Shown one piece after another: positions 26,441 to 38,390 of a DNA stretch of 64,000 nucleotides. Within the stretch, counting starts at the first letter, position 1, and the number at the start of each line of letters is the position of its first letter. The DNA lies in NCBI GenBank assembly GCA_030265395.1, contig JARFYF010000057.1:8070977-8134976 (forward strand), given 5' to 3'. The notes under the pieces are model-generated. The model made no database searches and was not told the DNA's origin. It saw only the letters and a list, made by a program, of their open reading frames with translations. The translations under genes were made by a program, and so were the position numbers. This DNA comes from Rhina ancylostomus. Its lineage: Eukaryota.

Positions 26441-27034
26441 TTTAAACTGGTCTTTTATTCCCTTTTCTCTCCTTCCTTCCTACATCACTTTATTGATTAA
26501 CCATGCCTGCATCTTGTCCGCGACAAGAATTAACTGTTGCAGGTGTCAAGTCTCATTCATTCAAATTTTAATTGATATAGGTTAAAAAAAATTAAATATA
26601 TTTAGACTGCTATAATGACATATCTAGCAACACTACACAAAAATATAAAACCCTACACTTGTCCAGCAGGTTTGATACTGTCCAGCATTTTCAACGTTAC
26701 CTCAAATTACAGGATAGAATGCAGCAGGTAGATGTATTAGCATTTTATCAATACTAAATAACATTTGTCATGCATTAACTTACCCAGATCCCTTTGCCTT
26801 TGGTTTGCCTAAACCTCTGTGGGATCTATTCCCTTCAGCCTGCCTTGATGGCTGTTCCACAGTTTTCAGCCTCCGCTGTGCAATTCCCCCGTGATATCAC
26901 TCTTTCCCACCCCAGATTCCTCCCATAATATTCCTTAAAACCCAAGTTTTCAAATGATACATGTTCATGAATAATTGCACACCTTCCTATTAGCTAGCTA
27001 GTTTTACTTCAATTTTTGAGGTGCACATTCCAAC

Positions 27035-27535
27035 AACAGTTAGCACTGCTGCCTCACAGCTCCGGAGACCTGGGTTTGATTGTGATCTCGGGTACTGTGT
27101 AGAATTTGCACATTCTCCCTGGGTCTCCACCCACGTACCAAAGACATACCGATTGGCAGGTTAATTGTGGATGATGTAGGTAGGTGACAGAGTCATACAG
27201 TACAGAAACAGGCCGTTAGGCCCATGTACACGTAATCAGTAGGCACCCATCTGTATTAATCCCATCTTCCACCACTTGGCCCACAGCCTCCAATGCCTAG
27301 GTGATTCAAGTGCTCATCTAGACACCTCTTAAATGCTCCCGCAATGTACCCAAAGTGCTCACCACATTCTGGGTGAAAAAGGTCCCCCTCAAATCCACTC
27401 TTGATCTCTTACCCTACATCTACATCCTCTGGTTTTATTCATCTCTGATAAAGAGATGGGGATACAAGAGGAAAAGTGGGTTAGCATGGATAGTCGCTTG
27501 ATGTTCAGGACAGGCGTGGTATGCTATGCTGTATG
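27035..27535. mobile_element. V-SINE (+) interrupted by a CR1 3' fragment (-, ~27190-27450)
   Basis: SINE head and V-domain at 27035-27190, reverse CR1 tail, then the SINE 3' part resumes at ~27450. Confidence 0.6.
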
Positions 27536-29479
27536 ATGCTATATAACGTTAAAGAACAGTAATGTAGTAACTTTCAGAGCGCATCCCACTATGTTTCACT
27601 GAAAATTAATTTCTCTTTAGATAGAATTTAGTGTTTTGTAATAAGGTAGCAGACAAATTAAGCTCAACAGGGTTCCAGAGGCATTAATCAATAATGAACA
27701 AGAAAAATATTGGCCAAAACCTTCAAAGCATAACCCTGATCTTACAATAGTACCTTGGATCAATTGAATAGACAAATAGAAATTTGATTCAGCATCTTTC
27801 CTGAAAGACTGGATTTTTGTTTCACAATTAAATATTGGTTATGTGCTCTAGCTGATGTGGAACTTTAACTGAAGACCATTTGATTGAGAGTGATGACTGA
27901 TAGTGGACCAAGCTAACACATTGTGCCAAAGCATTTTAATATCAATATTGAAGTTGTCCCCTTGAGAATTAATTTGTAAAGTGCCCCTTGTTTATCTTTT
28001 TGTTGCAGTTTTAATCCAATTAATCCCTTTTAAGAGATTCTATTCAGCCATAATGAAGTTTATTTAGAGAAGCCTAATTTATAAAGTGGATGGATTGCAG
28101 TTTGGGGAAACATTGCAGGATAAAGAGATAAACATGTCCCTCTTTTTTTGTTTAGACTCATCCATATATTGTCCATCTAAATTGGCCAGGCTTAATATCT
28201 ACAGCATTCAGTCAACTAGTGAAGCCACTGTAAAGTTACAAACTATCTATACACTCAGGTGGAAAATTAATGAAAAAAGTAGTAAGAACAATTTATAACA
28301 CAGAAAGCCACCTTGGCAAGAAGATCTCAAATTTGGATTACCAGTTTGTATTAATTTAGCACATCTCCAGTGACTCAGCAGTTCAATTATACATAATTGG
28401 TCTAATTTAAACAGATGGTGGAAGGAGATAGTGGGAAAGAAAAGTCAGGGTCCTTGCTCCTTTCTGATACCTGCTGATTCCACAAAGTTGAATAGTCAAT
28501 GNNNNNNNNNNNNNNNNNNNNNNNNNNNNNNNNNNNNNNNNNNNNNNNNNNNNNNNNNNNNNNNNNNNNNNNNNNNNNNNNNNNNNNNNNNNNNNNNNNN
28601 NAAAGTTGAATAGTCAATGCCTGTTGAACTACTCTGTGTGTCAAAATTGATAAAATGGCAAAGCATTAGAGATTTTTGGCATTGCAGCAGGGTCAAGAAG
28701 AAAACAGGAAAAACGAATAACTAAATCAACAGCATTGGAACTTTGACACTAAAAACTACCATGGACTGTAATTTATTGAAATACCCTTGAGCTGATTGAC
28801 TCATCATATAATGGAAGTTACCTTTTAAACATGCATAAAGTCAATAAAACAAGAGGTACAACTGCTCTGACTCATCATTTTACAACGAATGAGATAACTA
28901 AAATGGTTACACACTTAAATGTGAAACATATTTTCATCCATGTCCAATGATAACGACAAGTATAAATGACTCCTATCATACTGCAACCATAGAAGTTGCA
29001 GTGAGATTTTGTGGCATTTTGTATTGATGCAAGTAAACAAAAATAACTCAGTAATAGTCATTAAATTCCCTCATTACTAATACCTTTAATTATAACCTCC
29101 TACAAATTTCTGAGCCATACCACGTGTCAGGAAGAGATTCTGCTGCAACGTATCACAATACAAAGGTTACAATCATCAGAATAGCACTCTCAGCTGATTG
29201 GAACATAGTTATCCAAAAAATAACACATGCTTTCAATTACTCCAGGGGTGAAATGAACTAAACCAGGAAGGCCCACTATATTTCACTACAACATGAACTG
29301 GTGAAAAACTGATTCTTTGTCTCATCTCTGCTAGCCATGGAGCAGCACAGCAAAATAAGTTGTAACAATGTGACAAGTAGAAAATGGCAAAAATAATTCC
29401 CTGCCACCTATTCCTTGAATAACCACTTTAAAAGTTCTGCTCCTCTGACAGGATATTATTTAAATCATTGGTACCTTAC

Positions 29480-29965
29480 TTCTCCAACCCATTCTGACAT
29501 CCATCTTCAGCTTCATAGGCTGTCCCTACACAGCTCATTGCAAGTCTGAGGAACAACACCATCATGTCCAAATAAGGACATTATAGCCTTCTGGACATAA
29601 CATCAAGTTCAACAATCTCAGACTGGCAATTCTAGACTTGATGCCGCGTATTTCCTGCATTCATATTCTTTTCTTTCTCTTTCCTTGTTGGGGATTTCAC
29701 ATATTTGTCTTCATCTAGTTACACCTCCCCCAGCCTATATTTGTTATTCACTGATGACATCTTTCACCTAACTCCATCACTCCTTTTGTAATTTCATCTA
29801 ATGTCTTCCAGGCCATTACAATTTTTTTTTAAACCTGTCCCTCAAATTTTTCCAGTTCTGATCCTCAAAGGTTCAGTTTTGCTCTCCACAGATGTTGCTG
29901 AACTTCTGAATATTTCCAGTATCCCCAATTGCTTGTTTCAGAACTCCAGCACTGCAGTATTTTTC
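29480..29965 (+). mobile_element. Penelope-like endonuclease C-terminus and pLTR remnant
   Basis: CKSEEQH...NIKFNNL-like segment, followed by ctctccacagatgttgctgaacttctgaatatttccag. Confidence 0.55.
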
Positions 29966-30319
29966 TGCAAAATAATAACACCCCAAACGCACAAGGAAAA
30001 AGTTGAAAGTTCATCCCCAGAAATTTAATTTTTTGATTTTTTTTTAAATGCAAGATGTTATAGAAAAGATTAAGAGCAGAATTCAATTTATGAAAAGTTA
30101 CAAATGGAATAAGAGCTTCCTATCTGTTAAATTATTAAGAGGCCTCTGACTGAGGAATAACATACAGCATATCAAGGAAAAAGAAATTTTCTACACTTTG
30201 TTTAAAATAAGAAAGAATTATCTGAAGCAGAGTTCATTATAACTAAATTTTATAGCATCTGATTTGCTCATTAAAGGCTATGAAGCATAAGCAGGAAAAT
30301 TGGATAAGAGTATCCTATA

Positions 30320-30668
30320 ATAGCACAGAAAAAGACTATTTGGTTCATCAAGTCTCTGCTGGCTCCAATGAGAGCAATCCCATTAGTCCCATTCCCCCTT
30401 TCCTTTTTCCCTCTGCAACTTATTCTCTCACACACATGCCCATCAACTTTCATTTGACCCTTTTTGTCATAAGTCTACGCCAAGGGGTAATTTACTTCAG
30501 CTGTTTACCAAGCAGTGCATCTTTTGGATACAAGGGGAAACCAAAGCATCTGGAGGAAACCTACATAGTGATTGAGAGAACATGAAAACTCCACATGCAC
30601 AGCACACAAGGTCGGGGTTGAATCTGGGTCCCTGGAGCTGAGAGGCAGCAGCATTAACACTGCTGCTA
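30320..30668 (-). mobile_element. V-SINE (HE1-like)
   Basis: Reverse complement of the tRNA-like head (gctgctgcctctcagctccagggacccagattcaacccc) and the V-domain. Confidence 0.8.
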
Positions 30669-32892
30669 ATTTCCAACTAAAAAGTTCCAATGGTGAAATC
30701 AAAAACAGAATAAGTGATCAAATACCTCAGATGAAATTCAGGAAATTCCCTAAAAGCAACAAGACTAATGATAAGCATTATTGGTCAGCACACTATAAAA
30801 TAATTTTAAGTCTGAATTACACACAGTAACCTTTCAATAGCAGCACAACTAACACTGTTACAATGAACTATTATTTTTAGCAGAACACTGCCTACAAGCT
30901 CCAAAGCCAGATGGCTAAATGCTGTGGCAATAATGCAATAATGGTCTCAGCTACTTCGAAACTGCCAAAATTGTGAAATTCATGCTACTATGCAAATGGA
31001 ATTCTTAGTTGATGAACCACTCAGGAGCTTGCTGGATCCAGAAGTATAACCATGCTAAACAGATCTTTTACCACCAATATGCAAGATAACAACAAGCAAA
31101 TGTGGAAAATCTTTTGAAAGGGAAAGAAACAAATTGTAATTATTAGCTTGTCTCTTGGCAGAACCGTCACCTCAAATCAAAAGATTTTGGGTTCAATCAC
31201 TCTCCAGGACTCAAATACATATTCAGGGCAAGTGCTGTGCACCATCCCACTGATGTAGACTCCCCCCGTCAAAGGCACCCAAGTTGGAACTCCTCTCTTT
31301 ATACAGATGGACTTAAATAGGTATTCTAGAACTATTAGAACACCATAAGGAATTGGTCATGTAATTATTTAACACATTTGATGTTCATGGGATATCATGT
31401 GAATAATTAGCCCAAGCAAACACCAGAAAAATACCTAAATTCATCTCTACTCCAATAACATATAGGAGTGAGCAACTACAAAATTGTACAAGTTATATTC
31501 TTGCAAGTGACGGGGGCTAACAGGTCTTATTTTATTATCACTCCTACTTAGTAGAAGCAGAACCACAGCAACCCTTCAGTATGATACCCAATTGCTCATT
31601 ATCTATACGCAAACCAAGATATTCAAATCTATTCTATGTAATGTGTGCCAAAAAATATGCGAACAAAAACATTTTAAAAACAAATCTCATGCATTTGTAT
31701 GTACCAAATTACTTAAACTGTTGCCAAGTGCTCTACAAACCACATTCATAAGCAATGATCCACAGATAATTAAGAACAGATCTAGTCACAGAATATTTTT
31801 ATACTCTAACTGGGAAATAATATGATATATTATTCGTTATAGATAAACACGTCCTACATTCTAACAGTGGCGCATAACACCCAACCCACAAAACCTCTCT
31901 TTCCTGCCTGCAGCAAAGTCTCCAGCATGCCAGCAAGGACTAAGAAGCTGGGAGGTCATACTGATTGTTTGGTATCCAAACAGATGGAAGCCAGATTTAT
32001 AATTCTACAAGGCCAAACTCCCTATATTATTTATATTTTTTTTAATTGACATTCTATAATATGGATGTAAAACACATCACTGGAAAACATTACATGTACC
32101 CAAACGTACTCCAGAACAAATATTACATAAACGAGTTGCTTCTGTGACATCCAGACACAGTCTACTGAGACAACTGCATTCAAATGAATAATGCCATCCC
32201 TAGAATGCCTTGAGACTTCCTCTCCTGCTTTCGATTTGGCTTTGCTCATGAGTGGTTCTACTGCAGAGATCATTTCCAAGTCTGCATACATTAACAGTAT
32301 CACCTTAAGCTACCCCTAAAATCCATTTTTATAATTTCTTTGCAAAACTAGTTTTACAGATATAGAGACAGCCAAATTCATACCAATCTAGGACACAATA
32401 GAAACAGAACTCCTCAAAATCCATCAAGCTGTTCTTCTCTTCGGCCATCACCCAAAAACTCAGTAGGTGCTTGGTTCACTATCATCTTTTGAGCGATAAC
32501 AAAAATAATAGCCATTTTTCACAAGTGTAAGACGTAAACCTTCAATAAATTATTCAACCATGGAGGACACCACATCTATCTCCACTCCTGTTCTCACACC
32601 ATCACCACAACCATTTTCCAGGATAGATGTTTTGATAGCCATTAGCTATCAAATCAATGATGTAGACTGGCACTTATGCAATCATTAAGATATCCATTCA
32701 TCAGATCTTTTCCTTTAACTTCAATGCCTGGAGGTAACTAGCACACATCGAAACATTTTAATTAAAAATTAGTCAATAAGTTAAAATCATGACCTCAAAG
32801 TAGAAAAATAAGTTAGTTCTTCTTCTAATGAGAAACTAAGAGTCCAGATACACCTGAACCATCGTACACAGCACAAGTGTTCCATGACTAAA

Positions 32893-33712
32893 GAAATCAG
32901 AATCAGGTTTATTATCACTTACATATGTCGTGAAATATGTTGTTTTACAGCAGCAGTACAGTGCAAGACAAAAATTACTGCAAGTTATAAAATAAATATA
33001 TAGTGCAAAAGAGGAATAACAAGGTGAAAAAAAGATGCTGGAGGAACTCAGCAGGTCAGGCAGCATCCAAGGAGAAAAGCAGGTGGTCAATGTTTTACAT
33101 CAGGACCCTTCTTCAGGACTGAAGATAGGAAAAGGGGAAGCCCAATGTGTGGGGGGGAGAAACAGAGCAGTGATAGCTGCTTCCTCTCCTTATGCCACCT
33201 GCCTCTATACCTTTGACACATCCCCTGGTGGATCTGCTCTCCCCTCCTGCCCCACATCTGCATATCACTATATCTTACCTTCATCTACCTATCACCACCT
33301 TGTGCCCACCCAACCTCCCAACATCCATGGATGCTGCCTGACCTGCTGAGTTCCTCCAGCATCTTGTTGTTTCTTTTCCCCCCCATCTAGATTCCAGCAT
33401 CTGCAGTCCTTTATTTCCCTAGGAATAAAGGGGCAGTGTTTGTGGGTTCCTGGACCCTTCAGAAATTTGATGGCGGAGGGAAACAAGCTGCTCCTAAAAC
33501 GTTGTGAGTCTTCAGGCTCCTGTACCTTGTCCCCAGTGGTAGTAATGAGAAGAGGGCACGTCCCAAATTGTGAGGGTCCTGAATGAAGTAGAGCCGCTGG
33601 CATGCCTTCTTTGTGACTGCATCAATGTATTGGGTCCAGGATAGATCCTCTGAGACATTGATGCCCAGGAACTTGAAGCTGCTCACCCTTTCCACCGCTG
33701 ACCCTTCAAATG
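32893..33712 (-). mobile_element. Rex/Babar 3' fragment with a nested Penelope-derived insert (~33025-33420)
   Basis: ORF 33459-33800 contains VERVSSFKFLGINVSEDLSWTQYIDAVTKKACQRLYF, with the tail ending aataaacctgattctgat. The insert is flanked by aggaataa direct repeats. Confidence 0.8.
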
Positions 33713-34379
33713 AGGATTTCCGATACTTTGCCCAAACACAGGACAACATCCATCTTATCCTTAACCAACATCCAACTAAATACTTCACCAAAGTAGTCAT
33801 TAAAAAGAAATCTGGAGTAACAATTTGCCTTAATTAAGGAGCACCATGGCGATCTATATCATTCTGACTGCTGCTCCAACTGAAATCAGGAATTAAACCT
33901 TAATTGTATAGTTCAGCTGTATGCTAACTTGTGATTTTTGTTTCTTGCATCGGTCGCCAGTTACTGGTTACAGTCAATTGCTATAGTTTTTCATTCCTCT
34001 CGAGGAATGGCAAATGTTTTGTTTGAAACGCCCAGGCAACGAGCAAGTTAACAAAGGTTGAATATTTAAGTTGTAACAGATGTTACAACTGCTTCTCCAT
34101 AAAACCACGAAACACTGCAGAACTCTCTCTGGACAAACACTCTTTTAGAAACAAGAGATTCGAGGATACTCATCACAATCTACTGGAAATCGGTCGTGCG
34201 CTTTTCTTATTAATAAGTGTTGCAAGCTGTCAGTATTAAAAATGTCAAGATTATAAACAATTACGAAGATCTGGGATAAGTCAAATTTTCTTTAATCGAA
34301 AGTTATATTTTTTATTTGAGTAATAAATACAAACATTTGTTTTTAAAACGATAGTAAATTTTGCTGTTTCCAGTTCCCA

Positions 34380-35090
34380 AGCGCCTTCTGCACGCACACA
34401 CACACAGACAGACAGAAAAAGTTGCATTGAAACAGAATGCGCTGACTGGGTCGGACTTGCTGAAAACTCTCACTGAACCAACAGCAACGAGAAGGTCGGA
34501 GCGGGGACGTGGCTGCGAGGGAAGAAGTTGCTGCACCGGCCGCTGTGTCCGCTGGTGCAGCGGGGCTGGCGCTGCCGGGGCCGAGCCCGTCCCCCCCGCT
34601 CTGGNNNNNNNNNNNNNNNNNNNNNNNNNNNNNNNNNNNNNNNNNCCACCCCCGCCTTTACCTGACTCGCTTTGTAAAACTGCTTCTTCAGCCCCGCCAC
34701 CGACATCCTCGAGCACTTCCAATACGCTTCAGGGAGGAGGGGGGGAGGATAAAGAAAGGCCAGCGACGCCCGGACCGCACTGCCGTCGGTGAGCCGCTCC
34801 GCTCCACAGCGAAAGAACCCCGACCAACACACTGACAGGGATCTTACATGGCAACCGCGGCTACTTCCGGCAGCGCGACAAGGAGCGCCACCCGCCGGTG
34901 GGGAACCGGGAGCCCGGGCCGCCGGACGGGTCCTCCAACCACAGCGCCACCCGCCGGCGGGGAAGCAGGAGACCAACCACCCCCAAACCCGACCACGGGC
35001 CGGGTCCTCCAAACACAGCGCCCCCCGCTGCACTGACGGAGTCTAGACCTGGCGCCACCTGCTGCTCTGGAAGAGCGAGATTCTCCATCT
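34380..35090. promoter_or_regulatory. CpG island / promoter of SH3GL1, with ETS motif CCGGAAGT (minus strand, 34863-34870)
   Basis: Sharp rise in GC and CpG against the AT-rich, CpG-depleted background, overlapping exon 1. Confidence 0.85.
34662..34706 (-). CDS. SH3GL1: Endophilin A2 coding exon 1 (MSVAGLKKQFYKASQ), amphipathic H0 helix
   Basis: ATG at 34706-34704, 45 nt, donor CAG/gtaaag. [14 protein letters not shown] distinguishes A2 from A1 (FHKATQ-KVSEKV) and A3 (FHKASQ-LFSEKI). Adjacency to CHAF1A agrees. Confidence 0.97.
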
Positions 35091-36089
35091 TTTTGTGAGC
35101 TGCCTGATGCTTATTTAGTTTTGAACTCTTACAGAATTGTCTCTGCAGAGTGTGAAAGTTCGTAGAGTTCCTCAGGAAGGTGAAAGATAAGTCACAGAAA
35201 TGTTGGGCGTAGTTTCTAGGCGTTATTGGTGGAGGTTTTTAGCTTATAATCAATGGCAGAGGTGGGACCTGGGTCCCCATGGACATCCTGAAAGTTGAGA
35301 GGAGAGTTGACCAGCAGTTTAAGATGGAGGGATAAAGTGTCCAGATATATTGAATAATTACTTATGTTTAAGGCGGGAGAAAAGCTGATTTCAATTATAA
35401 ATAGTTCTCTAAAGCAGCAGATTTAAGGCACTGTAATAGAAAAAGTTTCAATACTTGAGGTTTGCTTTAGAAGTTTTCTTTCTTACTCTTCGCCTGAAAA
35501 CAGGGAAGAAACGTTGATTTTACTTTCTGGCCAGGTGCNNNNNNNNNNNNNNNNAATGAGGCTCTTTACTCAATTCAGGAGAAGGGTTGCCTCTTGTATC
35601 TGTTGAAAAGAAAACTTTTTCTAATCTCCATTCTATTGCAGCATATACTGATCCTCAGACTTTGCTTGTTGGTACTGGAGGTTATGTAGGAACTCGGTGA
35701 TCAGTTTTCACTCGTTTTGGGCTACCGTCAAATTTCTGCTAAGTAATTCTTCTTTCGTTCTAGTCAAAATGTATTGCTTGATGAATCTTCCTACTGGCAG
35801 TTGGCATAATTTTGGAGCCCCATCTAAGTGCTGAATGGACACGTTTGAGCGAAAGTAGAGCTCTTCAAGGGCGGGTTCCCGTCATATCTGAGTCGAGACA
35901 TCGATTTGCTAAATGCAATTTGAAGTGAATTTCACTTCCTTTAGGCTCCTTGTTCAAATTCTTCCAATCACCTATTTTTGTTTCTAACTCTCAATTCGAA
36001 AAAAGAAGCAAAGACTGAACGATACCTGTTGTGCAAGATAAATAAGAAAGTGTCTAAAGGTTGCTTCTATTCCCCTTAGGCAGTTTCTC

Positions 36090-37520
36090 GACATTTTGAA
36101 TGCCTCCTGCCCACTCTAGTTTTTGGAGTTCTGAGGTGGATGATGAGGTCGATGTGGGATCTGCAGACTCTCCCAGGGGTGGGGCAGGTGATATCCAATG
36201 CAGCAGGGGAATGGGTAGTCTTCAAGATGGTCAGTCCTTCCACAGCTTCTGGTCTGTATGGGCTCACAATGCAGACCCTCAAATTTTTCAATACCAATTT
36301 GAATTTTTTGCACTTTTCTGAATAGACATAGGCTAGAGATTCCCAAAAGTCAGTGAAACTATTGCATTTCTTCGAGGGGGTTTTGAGTACATCCTTGAAT
36401 TTTTTTCCTTGTTCCATCTGGTAACATTTTTCCATGACAGAGTTCGGAATGGCATGTCTGTTTTGAGTGCCAGGTATGCATATTCACGGTCTGAGAGAGT
36501 GTTTGGAGCTGGGTCACCAATGGCATTTAAGATGAGTCTAGATGAGTACTTGAATTGCTTAGGCAGAGAAGGACTAAATGCTGGATGATGGAGCTAATAA
36601 GGATGGGCTCCCACTGGTCTATTTGGATGAGTTGGCCCAAATGACCTGTTTCCATGCTGTACAATTCTATGATCATAGCTGACTGGTGTACAAAGGACCC
36701 TAATGCTGATGATGTTATCCTGCCAGTGAATTTGGAGGATTTTGCAGAGCAAGCTTTGACAGTACCATTCCTTAGCCTTGAGATGCCTGATCTCTGAGGT
36801 AGTCCACATCTCAGAAGTATATAGCAGGGCAGGATTACNNNNNNNNNNNNNNNNNNNNNNNNNNNNNNNNNNNNNNNNNNNNNNNNNNNNNNNNNNNNNN
36901 NNNNNNNNNNNNNNNNNNNNNNNNNNNNNNNNNNNNNNTTACTATTGTCCAGTAGACCATAAGGTTCCGTGCCAGGTCTGAGGTCTTAATCTTCAAATAC
37001 TTTTTTCCTCAATCAATCAAAGGTTCTGCTGGTGCATTTAAGAAAATGGTGAATTTCATCATTGATGTCTGCCTTTTCTTGTGAGTGTGGAATGTAAGGC
37101 CAGTCCTCTCATACGCTTCAGGACAATGATGACTTGGAGCTCGGCCTTCGAGCATGTGCAAACACAAGTGTGTCTGTATACTGCAGCTTCACTACTGAAA
37201 TTTAGGTGACCTTGGTTCCGGAGTGTAATTGCCATAGGTTGAACAACTTTCTATTATTTCTGAAAATTAGTTCTATTCCTGTAGGAGGTTTGTTGAGCAA
37301 GAAAGATTGAGAGAAGTGTTGGGACATTAATACAGCCTTGTTTGACTCCTATCTTCACTGAGAATGGGTCTATTGTACACCCACCGGTTGGCATGCTGTC
37401 ATGAAACAAATCTAAAATGGAGATGAATTTCAGTGGTTAGCCAAATTTCAAGAGGGCGTTCCTCTTGACTGATAGAAACAATTAAGGTCATAAAGGGCCA
37501 TATAGAATGGCTGGTGCTGA
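36090..37520 (-). mobile_element. RTE-clade LINE, decayed, interrupted by a CR1 tail
   Basis: KKFKDVLKT...CN...WESLA, C-terminal TCPTPGRVCRSHIDLIIHLRT (CxxC...HxxxH-like) and IPALLYTSEMWTT...RHLK...KILQIHWQD are RTE ORF signatures. Confidence 0.8.
36490..36675 (+). mobile_element. CR1 3' tail nested in the RTE element
   Basis: gcatttaagatgagtctagatgagtacttg...ggcccaaatgacctgtttccatgctgtacaattctatga. Confidence 0.7.
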
Positions 37521-38279
37521 TTATCACTGACTTAGAAGCTTATTTTTTGTTTATTATTCATAACATGGAAATCCAGGACTTTTGCAATTTAGAAAACCCT
37601 TGGAGTTATTCACTAAACAGTGAGATCGTGCCTGTTTTGTGACCAAACTTCTTTCTTTGCTTCATTTTCCTGAATATCTTTTTAAAAAAAACCTATTAAT
37701 TACAGATTTAAAATTAACAACTGATATGCTTTTGAATGAAGAAGAAAGTTCCAAATTTCAGTCACCCTATTTGTGTAGCTATTTTGTCCTGATGTATCAC
37801 TAACTGAAATATTAACATCTTCTACCTTTTTGGATGCTGACAGACCTGCTGTATATTTCCCAGATTTTCTTTGGACATTTTTTTGATGTATTATCAGTCA
37901 TGATCAGATATTCTTGTCATAGATGGTGCTGTGAGTGTGATTCCACTTGTATGCATTGCTAATTAACTGTCCATTTCTCCTGATATTACTTCAGTAACTA
38001 CAAATGGTTGTTTTTTGAGAAGATAGGAAGCATCTGAGAACATGTTGGAGATTTACTTTTTCTTGCTGCCCCCACCAAACCATCTCCTTTCCACATCACT
38101 ATTGACAGCAATGATTCCTTGCTAGTATGCAGTTCCACAAATGATGGGCATATTCCCTTAAGTTAGCTGGGTAGCCTTAATACAAGCATTACAGTTGTAA
38201 CTTAGTATTTTATTCAACTGTACGTGTTATCATAGCTGAAACTGATCTTGAAAATCAAAAAAAAACTGAGCATGTCGGA

Positions 38280-38390
38280 GAAAGACAGAAAATGCTAGAA
38301 ACTGTCAGTGGGTCAGGCAGCATCTGTGGAAAGGGAAACTGAGTTCACGTTTCATCCCCAAGTTCCGTCTTCAGAACTGGGAAAGAGAGG
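38280..38390 (-). mobile_element. Penelope-like pLTR with a hammerhead-like core
   Basis: Minus strand reads ccagtt-CTGAAGA-cggaacttggggat-GAAACGTG-aactc...cagatgctgcctgacccactga. Confidence 0.7.

Noticed and set aside
32031-32303. 90-aa minus-strand ORF with a hydrophobic C-terminal stretch
   Set aside because: Non-ATG start in the track, no recognisable homology, no convincing splice pair.
34312-35098. Many overlapping GC-rich ORFs around the SH3GL1 promoter (similarly at 48150-49440)
   Set aside because: Stop codons are scarce in CpG islands. Only the spliced exon 1 segments have support.
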